64,000 bases of DNA from Bdellovibrionales bacterium (GTDB lineage: Bacteria > Bdellovibrionota > UBA1018). Positions 18,639-27,878 of this stretch are shown here, piece by piece. The notes under the pieces are model-generated. The model worked only from the letters and a program-made list of their open reading frames with translations. It did no database searches and was not told where the DNA came from. Position numbers and translations under genes: made by a program. Position 1 is the first letter of the stretch. Every line of letters begins with the position of its first letter. Location: positions 146,422 through 210,421 of the forward strand of contig JAEUWC010000016.1 in assembly GCA_016786465.1 (NCBI GenBank). The letters are read 5' to 3'.

Positions 18639-20459
18639 ATGAGCGACGCTTTAAAAGATTTCGAAGAACCGGAAATTCATTCCGAACTGGAAACCATGAG
18701 GCATTCGGCAGCCCACGTGATGGCACATGCCATCAGTCGACTGTGGCCAACCGCCAAATTCGGAATCGGCCCGACGGTTGAAAACGGTTTCTATTACGAC
18801 GTTGATCTGGGCGAAGTGAAACTGGTTCCCGAAGATCTGAAGAAGATCGAAAAGGAAATGATCGAAGTCATCAAGAAGGCGGCCCCGTTCGTCCGCCAGG
18901 AACATCCCGTCGATGAAGCCATCGCGATGTTCAAGAAAATGAACCAGCCTTTCAAAGTCGAAATCATCGAAACCTTGCGCGACAAGACCGGCGCGAAAAC
19001 GGTCAGCACCTATACCGAAGGTGATTTCATCGACCTTTGCCGCGGCCCCCACGTCAAAACGGCGGGTCAGATCAAAGCATTCAAACTGACTTCAATCGCA
19101 GGCGCTTATTGGCGCGGGAATGAAAAGAACCCTCAGCTTCAACGCATTTACGGCGCAGCCTTCATGACCAAAGAAGAACTTCACGAACATCTTCAGATGG
19201 TCGAAGAAGCCAAGAAGCGCGACCACCGAAAACTGGGTAAGGAACTGGACCTTTTTACGTTCATCCAAGAATCCCCCGCAGCACCTTTTTTCCTGCCCAA
19301 GGGAACGATCATCTACAATCGCCTGGTCCAGCTGATGCGAGATCTGTACAAGCCTTACAAGTACGACGAAGTCATCACGCCGCAGATCATGGACGTGGCG
19401 CTTTGGCACAAGTCCGGACATTACGCGAACTATAAGGAAAGCATGTACTTCACGGACGTGGACGAACGCCAGTTTGCGGTCAAACCGATGAACTGTCCGG
19501 GCCACACTTACATTTTCGCGAATTCTCGCAGATCGTACCGCGAACTTCCCTTGCGCCTGGCGGACTTTGGTCGTCTTCACCGCTACGAAAAGTCCGGTGC
19601 GACGGCTGGATTGACCCGCGTTCGGACTTTTTGCCAAGACGACGCACACATCTTCTGCACGGCCGATCAGATCGAACCCGAAATTAAGAACGTGGTCGAT
19701 ATGATCATGCGCACTTACAAGCTTTTTGGATTCACCGATTACAAGATTGCTCTTTCCACGCGCCCAGAAAAACGCGTGGGAAGCGACGAACTTTGGGACA
19801 AGGCGGAAGCCGCGCTGAAACGCGTGTTGGATTCTTTGGGAATGCCTTATTTCATCAATGCGGGTGACGGAGCATTCTACGGCCCGAAGATCGATTTTCA
19901 GGTCAAAGACGCGTTGAAGCGTCCGCATCAGCTGGGAACGATCCAGCTGGATTTTTCGATGCCTGAACGCTTTGACTTGAATTACATCGACGCGGACAAT
20001 TCACAAAAGCGTCCGGTCATGGTTCACCGTGCGGTTTTGGGATCCTTGGAACGTTTCATCGGCGTGGCTATCGAACACTTTGGCGGCGCTTTTCCGTTCT
20101 GGTTGGCACCCCTGCAGGCCCGCCTGGTTCCGATCCCAACGAAGACCCCAAAAGAAGGCGCAACGTCCGATCCGAACATCGACTTCTGTGTCGAAATTCA
20201 AAAGAAGCTAGAAAGAATGGGTTACCGCGTGGACATCGACGACCGAAACGAATCCATGGGCTTCAAAACCCGGGAAGCGCAGACGGCGAAAATCCCCGTG
20301 ATGCTGGTCGCTGGCGACCGTGAAACCGAAGCCGGGCAATTTGCGCTTCGAAAGTACGGCGAACGCGATTCGAAAACGATGTCCGTGGATGAAGTTTTTG
20401 CGTTTTTGAAAGAACTGCAGGACGTCCCCTATCAAATATTGGATGGGATCAAAGCTTGA
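18639..20459 (+). CDS. thrS: threonyl-tRNA synthetase (lacks N-terminal TGS domain)
   Basis: 606 aa. Begins about 20 aa before the RHSAAHVMAHA motif of the N2 editing domain. Class II catalytic core and anticodon-binding domain are present. Confidence 0.9.
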   Translation: MSDALKDFEEPEIHSELETMRHSAAHVMAHAISRLWPTAKFGIGPTVENGFYYDVDLGEVKLVPEDLKKIEKEMIEVIKKAAPFVRQEHPVDEAIAMFKKMNQPFKVEIIETLRDKTGAKTVSTYTEGDFIDLCRGPHVKTAGQIKAFKLTSIAGAYWRGNEKNPQLQRIYGAAFMTKEELHEHLQMVEEAKKRDHRKLGKELDLFTFIQESPAAPFFLPKGTIIYNRLVQLMRDLYKPYKYDEVITPQIMDVALWHKSGHYANYKESMYFTDVDERQFAVKPMNCPGHTYIFANSRRSYRELPLRLADFGRLHRYEKSGATAGLTRVRTFCQDDAHIFCTADQIEPEIKNVVDMIMRTYKLFGFTDYKIALSTRPEKRVGSDELWDKAEAALKRVLDSLGMPYFINAGDGAFYGPKIDFQVKDALKRPHQLGTIQLDFSMPERFDLNYIDADNSQKRPVMVHRAVLGSLERFIGVAIEHFGGAFPFWLAPLQARLVPIPTKTPKEGATSDPNIDFCVEIQKKLERMGYRVDIDDRNESMGFKTREAQTAKIPVMLVAGDRETEAGQFALRKYGERDSKTMSVDEVFAFLKELQDVPYQILDGIKA

Positions 20460-21919
20460 AGCATAACGCCGTCATCTACGACGTTCTTTACGGCTTCATT
20501 CCGATCACTGAATGGGAAGAAAAGATCATCAATAGCCCCTTTTTCCAGCGCCTGCGCTGGATTAAGCAGCTGGGATTTTCGAATTACATCTTCCCCGGCG
20601 CCGAACACAATCGATTTGCTCACGTCATTGGCGTGATGAATTCGATGGAGCAAATGGTGCGCGCGCTGGACATCGCTGTTCCACAAAATCAACTTTTCGA
20701 TCGGCGTTCGACCAGCAAGGCGGCGCTTTTGCACAAAAGCCTTCGGATCGCGGCACTTTTGCACGACATCGGAACCTTTCCTTTCAGTCATGCGATCGAA
20801 TACGCGTACATGCGCCACGGAAACGATTCGCGCGTAAAATCACAGGGCCGACGTTCAAAACTAAAGGACCTTCCGAACAATCACGAACACCTGGGTTCTT
20901 TCATCATCAAGAACACGCGGTATGAAGGCGGGATCACGCAGATCCTGGAAGAATACGGCCTAGATGTTCAGCTGATTTCTGACATCATCAAGGGCGATTC
21001 ACCGTACTTGGTCGCAAATCAACTGATGCATTCGGACCTGGACGCTGATCGAATGGATTACCTGCTTCGTGATTCCCATTACACAGGAATCAAGTACGGG
21101 CAGTTTGACCGTGAATACATTTTAGCGAATCTTCAAACCTACGACGCCGGCGACGGGCAGATGGCATTCGGCGTTCGCGAAAATGCGGTTCACGCGGTCG
21201 AAGATTTTCTGATCGCCCGATTTGGTTGGTACAGCCAGGTGATCAAAAACCCCGGATCAGCGAAGTTTGACATCATGTCGTCGCACATCGCTCAGGGGCT
21301 TTTGGAACGGGACCTGCTTTTTCAATTCCACGACCTTTTGGATTTCATCGAAAAACGCGACGAACGCTTTTTTTGGTGGAACGACCTTTACTTCATGAAT
21401 CGCTGCCAAGAAATTCACATCGGAAAGCTTTTGGGCAAGAAAGCAGACGATGCTCGCCTGGCGGAACTGATTGAAATGCTTCTTTACCGAAAGGCGCCCA
21501 AGACCGTTCACCATCCTTTGTTCCAACATCGGATCTTGAAAGACGATTCGGGCACCGGCACTGAAAAAGAAAAGTTGATCGCCAAGATCCAAAAGACGGT
21601 TGCAGAAATGCAAAAGGTTTTGGAATCCAAAGGCACCGGTAAAGAATGGATCTTGGTCGACATCCCTGAAAAAGATGTCGTCTTCACCAAGGGACTTCAG
21701 CAGATCGTGAAGAAAAGATCCCAGGACAATCTTTTGAAAGAACGCGACCCCGTGAAAGTGGTTTCACGGCGAAACGGTCCAAGCCTTTTGGTCGAACTGG
21801 ACAACACTTTGATGAAGCACATGTCCGGATTCATGAATTTTGTGCCCAGCGTTTACGGAAACCATTCGGCCATCGAACTTTTGAAAAACCACGGACTGAT
21901 TCCTTCGTCCCGAAAATGA
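20456..21919 (+). CDS. HD-domain dNTP triphosphohydrolase (dGTPase/SAMHD1 family)
   Basis: TTG start overlapping the thrS stop. The FFQRLRWIKQLGFSNYIFPGAEHNRFAHVIGV and LHDIGTFPFSH motifs closely mirror the SAMHD1/dGTPase HD signature. Confidence 0.8.
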   Translation: MKHNAVIYDVLYGFIPITEWEEKIINSPFFQRLRWIKQLGFSNYIFPGAEHNRFAHVIGVMNSMEQMVRALDIAVPQNQLFDRRSTSKAALLHKSLRIAALLHDIGTFPFSHAIEYAYMRHGNDSRVKSQGRRSKLKDLPNNHEHLGSFIIKNTRYEGGITQILEEYGLDVQLISDIIKGDSPYLVANQLMHSDLDADRMDYLLRDSHYTGIKYGQFDREYILANLQTYDAGDGQMAFGVRENAVHAVEDFLIARFGWYSQVIKNPGSAKFDIMSSHIAQGLLERDLLFQFHDLLDFIEKRDERFFWWNDLYFMNRCQEIHIGKLLGKKADDARLAELIEMLLYRKAPKTVHHPLFQHRILKDDSGTGTEKEKLIAKIQKTVAEMQKVLESKGTGKEWILVDIPEKDVVFTKGLQQIVKKRSQDNLLKERDPVKVVSRRNGPSLLVELDNTLMKHMSGFMNFVPSVYGNHSAIELLKNHGLIPSSRK

Positions 21920-21935
21920 CGTCGATTCGGGTCGC

Positions 21936-23294
21936 TTATTCAGGTTGAAACGTCCGCGCGATGACTTGCGTGCGGTATTGAAAGATCTTTTTGACGTCGT
22001 TTCGAACCCAAGCGCCCGCCACCCACGAACCCAGGATTCCAACGGGCAGTTCGTACACCACTTCGTCAGTCATCAACGTTCCGCCTGGCACAGGAAAGAA
22101 GCGATGGGTGTGATGCCACTTTTTGTAAGGTCCGGCTAACTGCGTGTCGACGAACTGAGAATTGGGGCTCCAATCTTCAATACGCGTCTTCCATCGCACG
22201 GGAACACCATGAATCTTCAACTTGTAATCAATCAAGGTGTGGTTTTGAATCTGTGGCGTCGATTTTCCCGTAATCTGAAATCCCAGCCAGGGCGGAGTAA
22301 TCTTTTCAAGGTTTTCGGCTTGGCTGAAAAAATCAAAGACCTGATCAATGGGTTTGGGCACGAACTGCATCGCGCTAAAGCGCCTTTCGTGGCCCCTAAG
22401 ACCGCCCTTTAAATCAGCCAAAGCTTCAGCCAATGTCCCAAAGCGAAACTGAAACCCAGATTTCTGGATTTTTTCGGAACTGACCCGGGCGCTATCCAAA
22501 ACGATACTGGCCATTTCACCCAAGACTGCCCGTAACGCAAACGCCGGAGCGCCCATTACGGCAGGTAAGTTCTGAGACCGGCCAAGCTCCTGGGTGAATT
22601 CCTTGTTCCGCACAGGATTCGGAGCAACCAAGTGGTAAGGGCCCACCACTTCTGAATTCTGGATCGCGTGGCGCACGAACCGAACCAGGTCTTCCAGGTG
22701 AATCCAGCTCATCCATTGCTGGCCAGAACCCAAGGTGACGGGAACCATCTTTTCAAGTGCCCCACCATTTCGACCCAAGACAATTCCAATTCTTAAAAGC
22801 ACGGTTCGGATTCCCAAGGCATCCGCTTTCCGGGCTTGGTCTTCCCAGTCCCGAACCACTTCCGAAAGAAAGCCTTCGCCGGGAGGGCTTTCTTCTGACA
22901 GCCATTCATCCCCGCGGTTTCCATAAAGGCCAATGGCCGACGCGCAAATGAATGTTTTGGGCCGCAAATCTTTTGGCAGAAAACCCAGAGCATCAACGAT
23001 GGACCGGGTGCTTTCGATTCGAGAACTTCTGATTCTTTTTTTTGTGGCGTCCGTCCACTTCGCGGCGGCAACGGGTTCTCCGGCCAGGTGAATGATGACG
23101 TCTGCGCCTTTCAGGACTTCCGCTAGCTTGCCCGAATTGGATTTGCTCATGTCGCATTCGACGGCTTGGCAGGGCAAATTGGCCAGATTTTCACGACGTC
23201 GGGTCAGGCCAATGATTTCGTAGCCTTGAATCGCAAGATCTGCCAGAACCGCTTTTCCAACAAAGCCCGTAGCGCCGGTCAGAACGATCTTCAT
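21936..23294 (-). CDS. NAD-dependent epimerase/dehydratase (TIGR01777/YfcH-like) fused to a C-terminal SRPBCC (polyketide-cyclase-like) domain
   Basis: N-terminal Rossmann motif LTGATGFVGKAV and a DUF1731-like middle region. The C-terminal ~150 aa has an SRPBCC-like pattern (WHHTHRF...). Confidence 0.65.
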   Translation of the reverse strand: MKIVLTGATGFVGKAVLADLAIQGYEIIGLTRRRENLANLPCQAVECDMSKSNSGKLAEVLKGADVIIHLAGEPVAAAKWTDATKKRIRSSRIESTRSIVDALGFLPKDLRPKTFICASAIGLYGNRGDEWLSEESPPGEGFLSEVVRDWEDQARKADALGIRTVLLRIGIVLGRNGGALEKMVPVTLGSGQQWMSWIHLEDLVRFVRHAIQNSEVVGPYHLVAPNPVRNKEFTQELGRSQNLPAVMGAPAFALRAVLGEMASIVLDSARVSSEKIQKSGFQFRFGTLAEALADLKGGLRGHERRFSAMQFVPKPIDQVFDFFSQAENLEKITPPWLGFQITGKSTPQIQNHTLIDYKLKIHGVPVRWKTRIEDWSPNSQFVDTQLAGPYKKWHHTHRFFPVPGGTLMTDEVVYELPVGILGSWVAGAWVRNDVKKIFQYRTQVIARTFQPE

Positions 23295-23373
23295 GGTTTC
23301 TAGAATGCCTACTTGGCGGCGGAATGTCGATTCACGCAGCCCCGGTATTTTTTAGACAATACCTAGACGAATT

Positions 23374-24009
23374 TTAGTAGCCGTTGCCGTACTTGGCTTG
23401 GGCAGAATAGCCTTTGCTGACTGCGCCTGAATTTCCATACGAATTTCGGCGCTGCTGACGTCTTTCTTTCCAGCGGCCAAAGAAGCCACGGCGCATTTTG
23501 TTTTTTGCGACTTCGCTGCCGACGGCTGATTGAGCATTTTCGACCGATTTTTTGGCAATCATTTTTTCCAGAACTTTCGGACCCATTCCCATAGGCATCC
23601 GTAAGGCTTTTTGAATTTGATCGTCGGGGATTCCAGCACTTCGGGCGCGTTTGACCAAAAGTGCGCGATCCGTTGCTTGACCCAGCAAATTTGATCCCAT
23701 TCCCATGGGCATCTTGCGCATTTGATTGATCTGATCTTGGGTTAAACCCGCCTGAAGTGCCGTTTCATTTTGGTGCTTCTGCTGAATCATGTTCCGAAGC
23801 ATGCCTTCTTTTTGACCCGGAGAAAAATGAGGCAGGCTCACGACTCGGCGGATGGCGTCTTCGGGAACGCCAGCAGCCTTCGCTTCTTCGGCGGCACGCT
23901 TCAAGTTTTCGACTTGCATGCGAAGCATTTGCGGGTCAATTGCGTAAGAATCTAGCGGTGTAAGCGAAGCAAGTGCCGCCACAAGAAAAAAAATGGACCC
24001 GAACCGCAT
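23374..24009 (-). CDS. secreted tandem-repeat protein (3 x ~40 aa G-x-P-x-D-x-I ... MPMGMG repeats) with basic Gly/Tyr-rich tail
   Basis: Signal peptide MRFGSIFFLVAALASL. Three internal repeats (AAGVPEDAIRRVV..., AGLTQDQINQMRKMPMGMG, SAGIPDDQIQKALRMPMGMG). Lies 17 nt downstream of the metzincin gene on the same strand. Confidence 0.55.
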   Translation of the reverse strand: MRFGSIFFLVAALASLTPLDSYAIDPQMLRMQVENLKRAAEEAKAAGVPEDAIRRVVSLPHFSPGQKEGMLRNMIQQKHQNETALQAGLTQDQINQMRKMPMGMGSNLLGQATDRALLVKRARSAGIPDDQIQKALRMPMGMGPKVLEKMIAKKSVENAQSAVGSEVAKNKMRRGFFGRWKERRQQRRNSYGNSGAVSKGYSAQAKYGNGY

Positions 24010-24077
24010 AAATCTTTCCCCCAACCTATTCATTGTAGAATGCGGCAAAATTACACACAATATGTGTCAAAAATGAC

Positions 24078-24881
24078 CTAATCGAACTGCTGCTGGCCCG
24101 CTGGAGAGATGTCTTGATACAAGCAGTTTGCGCGCCCCTGGTCGTTAATGTTCAAGGCCCGCCGGACTTCACCCAATCCGTTGTTAAAGAAAACACTGGG
24201 AAACATGACCGCGTTCAAATAGTCGCTATTGATTCCCGAATCCGAACACGAAGGAAACCCGTTTCGCCCGCTGTCGCCGGTACAGCTATGATCCAGCCCC
24301 AATAGATGCCCTAATTCATGCGTCACGATGGAACGCAGGTCTGGAATGGGTCGTCCATCGACAAAAAAGTTCTGATAGTTCAGATCCATGCTGGCCATGT
24401 AGGACCGATTGAAAGGCGATCCGCCCGATCGGCAGACTGCGGTCACCGCAATGGCGTTTGGAATCGACGAGTTCCAAGTGCCCGACTTATAAATGACCAC
24501 TTGCCGGGTCGTGACCCACTCGCCCCGCGAATCAATCAGTGACGTGCTGCAAAGACGCGAATTGCTTGGCTTGGCCACGCTGGATTCACGAATACTGCTT
24601 CCGCCCATATCGAAGATTTCTTCGCCCAGGCTGACCCGCGTGAAGCTGTTCCAGGTTTGGACCGCGTTTTCAATGTCGCGGGCTTCGTCCCCGCTGAATT
24701 GCCCTGCGGCAACGGCGATCGGAATCTTCATTCTGGGAAAGCGCCCCATCAGGGTCGCACCTTGGTCTGGGCCAATGACACATTCGCGGGTCAGAACATT
24801 ATCTTCTGCGCTAAAGCCGCAGGCACACAGGCCCAGAGCCTGAACCCCCACGATCGCTAAGATAAAAATGCGTTGCGTCAT
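24078..24881 (-). CDS. metzincin (matrixin-like) zinc metalloprotease lipoprotein
   Basis: Lipobox LGLCAC. Extended zinc motif HELGHLLGLDH (HExxHxxGxxH) followed by a Met-turn-like AVMFP. Confidence 0.7.
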   Translation of the reverse strand: MTQRIFILAIVGVQALGLCACGFSAEDNVLTRECVIGPDQGATLMGRFPRMKIPIAVAAGQFSGDEARDIENAVQTWNSFTRVSLGEEIFDMGGSSIRESSVAKPSNSRLCSTSLIDSRGEWVTTRQVVIYKSGTWNSSIPNAIAVTAVCRSGGSPFNRSYMASMDLNYQNFFVDGRPIPDLRSIVTHELGHLLGLDHSCTGDSGRNGFPSCSDSGINSDYLNAVMFPSVFFNNGLGEVRRALNINDQGRANCLYQDISPAGQQQFD

Positions 24882-25009
24882 GCACTCCCCTTTGTCTACC
24901 CGACGCGTCGGCAGACTCTTCTTAAAACTTGACAGTTTTATTCAGGTATTGCAATCCCTTGAAAATTGAGTGGAAGTTTTCCCTAAGATTTCAGAAGCTC
25001 GCGCCTGTC

Positions 25010-25801
25010 ATGAACACCACCAAACAGAAAAGCTCAAGACAGCGGCACAAGACAGTGATCATCACGGGCGGAGGAAGCGGGATTGGCCTGGATACGGCCA
25101 GAAAGCTTTTAGAGCAGGAAGATTACCGTGTGGTCTTGGTGGGAAAAAACCGCGAAAGGCTTCAAGAAGCTGTCGAAACTTTAGACGCTTCGCCGGACCG
25201 ACTGTCGATTGCTGAATGTGATCTGGCCGACGCCGCATCGATCCAAGCGACGATCAACAAACTGGTGGCCACACATCCTTCGATCTGGGGATTGGTCAAC
25301 AACGCTGGCATCTATCCCTTTGGGGGGCTGGGAACCACGACTTCAGAATCTTGGGATGAAACCTTCATGGTGAACTTGAAGGCCCCCTTCTTAATGATTC
25401 AAGGCATCGCGCCTTACTTGGCAAAGAATCCGGATGGCGGCCGAATCGTCAATGTGTCTTCGACTGCGGGAATTCTGCCGAATCATTTCGCATTGGCTTA
25501 TTCCGTTTCCAAAGCAGCGCTGATCACATTGACCCGTACTTTGGCCAAGGAACTGGGAAAAGAAAACATTACTGTGAACTGCGTTTGCCCAGGCATTGTG
25601 AAAAGCCCGCTTCACGAAGCCTATCACACCAGCCGAACGGATTTAGAATCCTTCTATGCAAAACGTGGCGCCGCTTTTCCTTTGGGCCGTGTCGGAGAAC
25701 CGCAGGATATTTCCGGAATCATCCGTTACTTCTTGTCCGAAGAAGCGTCCTGGGTCACAGGCGATATCTTCATCGCCGACGGCGGAAGACTTCTTCTTTA
25801 A
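25010..25801 (+). CDS. short-chain dehydrogenase/reductase (SDR)
   Basis: Cofactor motif VIITGGGSGIG, NNAG, and a YSVSK catalytic pattern. Start taken at MNTTKQ. Confidence 0.8.
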   Translation: MNTTKQKSSRQRHKTVIITGGGSGIGLDTARKLLEQEDYRVVLVGKNRERLQEAVETLDASPDRLSIAECDLADAASIQATINKLVATHPSIWGLVNNAGIYPFGGLGTTTSESWDETFMVNLKAPFLMIQGIAPYLAKNPDGGRIVNVSSTAGILPNHFALAYSVSKAALITLTRTLAKELGKENITVNCVCPGIVKSPLHEAYHTSRTDLESFYAKRGAAFPLGRVGEPQDISGIIRYFLSEEASWVTGDIFIADGGRLLL

Positions 25802-27852
25802 TCAAGACGAACCGGCAAGTCGATTGCTCCGGAAAGGTCCGTCCTAAAAACCGCGGTTTTTTGAAGTCCCAGCCGGTCCAGCACGTCCGGATGTGGGTGC
25901 TGATACTGATTCCCGATTCCAGACGATATCCAAACTTCATCTGGATTCAGCCTTTTTAAAAATTCGCGCGAAGACGAAAACCTGGAACCGTGATGGCTGA
26001 TTTTGAAAATCACCTTCCCACCCTTCTTTCGAAATGGATCCAAAATGTTTTTGGCTTCCCGAAGAAGTAAATTTTCTTGTTTCGAATCCGCGTCACCGAA
26101 ATTCACGTAAATCCGACTTTGATTCAAAGGGATCAGAATTCCCGTCATCGCTTCGTTGCCCAAGGCCTTCTTCGCCTGTTTGGACGGCGTGGGGCCCACC
26201 AGCGGAAACGGAACGCACCTGGGACTTAGTTTTTCGTCCTCGGTGCTTCGCATTTGAATCCCGTTTGAAGAAAGTACGGACTGAATCCTTCGACCCCGAT
26301 TGCTGAACCAGTGAGCTTGCGCTGTAACCACACATCGAATGGGGATCTTGCCAATCCATTTCAAAAGCCCCCCTGCATGATCGTCGTCCAGATGGGTCAG
26401 TAGAATCCAATCGATTTGTCGAATCCGCTTTCTGCTCCAGGCCGAAATCCAAGTTGAAAGTGTGACCCCGCGACTGCCGGGGCCTGAATCAATGAATCCC
26501 GTCTGAATCTTCCCATCAGCGCTGCTGCTTTGAACCCAAGCTGAATCCCCTTGTCCCACGTCCCACTGACTGATTCGAATCCCAGGCTTTTTTGATTGAA
26601 GCAAGAATGACAGAACGATTCCCAAGGTCAGTGCCCCAAGAAATACCTGCCTTTTCCGAGCATGAGGAATCAGTAAGATTCCCGCTGAAAGCACAAAACC
26701 CAATATCGCTGAACTTCGGGACGCCTGAATCCAGATCGGAATCCCATTTTCCTGAAGGACGTCTTGAACCTGGCTGATTCTTTCCAAAACAACCGACAAG
26801 TCAGCGACCCAGGAAAGATCGTGAACCCCAGTCAGAACCGCGATCAAGGTCACGGGATAAAGAATCCCCACCATCAGTCCTAGGCTAAAAAAACTGATCA
26901 AAGGGGTCCAAATGGAAGTAAAGCCGGAATGGATCAAGTCCCAGACTGCCGTCGTCCACCAGGAACCCAACGATAGCGCGATCGGACCCAAGGTTCTTCG
27001 CTTCGAAGGACGAAGCGATTCAATCGCGGCAAGTCCTCCGCCAACAGCCAAAGCGTAATGAATCCGTCCCATCAAGAAATCGCTATCCACGTCCAATCCG
27101 ATCAACGACGCGCAACGAAACAAGATTTCTTCGCAAGCCAAGGCCAGAATCAGCGGAATCCACCATCGAATTCGAATTCCACGCCAGGCCAAGAATTGAC
27201 GAATCAGCACAACGACCCAAGGGCGAAGCCAGCCCCATCGGAAGCCGGCCAATGCCCAAGCTGCGATTCCTAAAGTTAACGCAAGCACGCGGGCTAGGTT
27301 CTGTGCGACCGAAACGTCCACATTCCAGGCACGAAATAAAAGAAAGGCCAAAGACATCGAAACACTGATCAGGACGTAAAGATGAATTCCCGCCGCGCTG
27401 AAATGGTGAACCCAACCCTTTAGGCGCAGATCCTGTTCTTGAAATCGTTCGCCGCTGTCCTGGACTTTTTCGTCCAGCAGAAGGCGTCGAAAAATTCCGC
27501 TAGGATCGTGCTGGGTGATCCTTTTGGAAACCAGGATTCGAAAATCTTCCCATTGACGCAAAAGCGACGGCGTTTGGGGTGGCACTGCCGGCGAAAGTCG
27601 ACGCACCAGAAAATGATGAAAGATCCGTTTTTCGGATCCGCGCGATTCGCTTTGTTTTTGGTCCAGAAGGGGCGGCGAAAACTTTTTGGGCGTTCCGTAA
27701 GCCCAGTAACAGCCCGATTCCGGTCGGTTGGATCCCAGTTTTTCGGAAAAACAGACCGTCACGCCTGAATTCCGAAACTGAATTCGGCAGTTTTCCGAAG
27801 ACCGCAAAGTCACAAACACGCCCTGCGCGCAAATCAGTATCGGAACAAGCAT
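25798..27852 (-). CDS. comEC: DNA internalisation competence protein ComEC/Rec2 (competence domain plus metallo-beta-lactamase domain)
   Basis: Competence-domain motif HFSAAGIHLYVLISVS, multiple TM helices, and a C-terminal MBL motif LLTHLDDDHAGG. N-terminal ~150 aa is unusually hydrophilic, so the start is uncertain. Confidence 0.7.
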   Translation of the reverse strand: MLVPILICAQGVFVTLRSSENCRIQFRNSGVTVCFSEKLGSNRPESGCYWAYGTPKKFSPPLLDQKQSESRGSEKRIFHHFLVRRLSPAVPPQTPSLLRQWEDFRILVSKRITQHDPSGIFRRLLLDEKVQDSGERFQEQDLRLKGWVHHFSAAGIHLYVLISVSMSLAFLLFRAWNVDVSVAQNLARVLALTLGIAAWALAGFRWGWLRPWVVVLIRQFLAWRGIRIRWWIPLILALACEEILFRCASLIGLDVDSDFLMGRIHYALAVGGGLAAIESLRPSKRRTLGPIALSLGSWWTTAVWDLIHSGFTSIWTPLISFFSLGLMVGILYPVTLIAVLTGVHDLSWVADLSVVLERISQVQDVLQENGIPIWIQASRSSAILGFVLSAGILLIPHARKRQVFLGALTLGIVLSFLLQSKKPGIRISQWDVGQGDSAWVQSSSADGKIQTGFIDSGPGSRGVTLSTWISAWSRKRIRQIDWILLTHLDDDHAGGLLKWIGKIPIRCVVTAQAHWFSNRGRRIQSVLSSNGIQMRSTEDEKLSPRCVPFPLVGPTPSKQAKKALGNEAMTGILIPLNQSRIYVNFGDADSKQENLLLREAKNILDPFRKKGGKVIFKISHHGSRFSSSREFLKRLNPDEVWISSGIGNQYQHPHPDVLDRLGLQKTAVFRTDLSGAIDLPVRLD

Positions 27853-27878
27853 GGGCTTGGTTTTGCAAAATCAGGGAC

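Noticed and set aside
19092-19928. 278-aa minus-strand ORF inside thrS
   Set aside because: Antisense to a strongly supported essential gene, with no motifs. It is a chance open frame.
27579-27878. 300-nt upstream extension of the comM ORF from a GTG
   Set aside because: The extension overlaps the comEC N-terminal coding region on the other strand. The ComM N-terminus aligns to E. coli YifB starting at the ATG at 27879.
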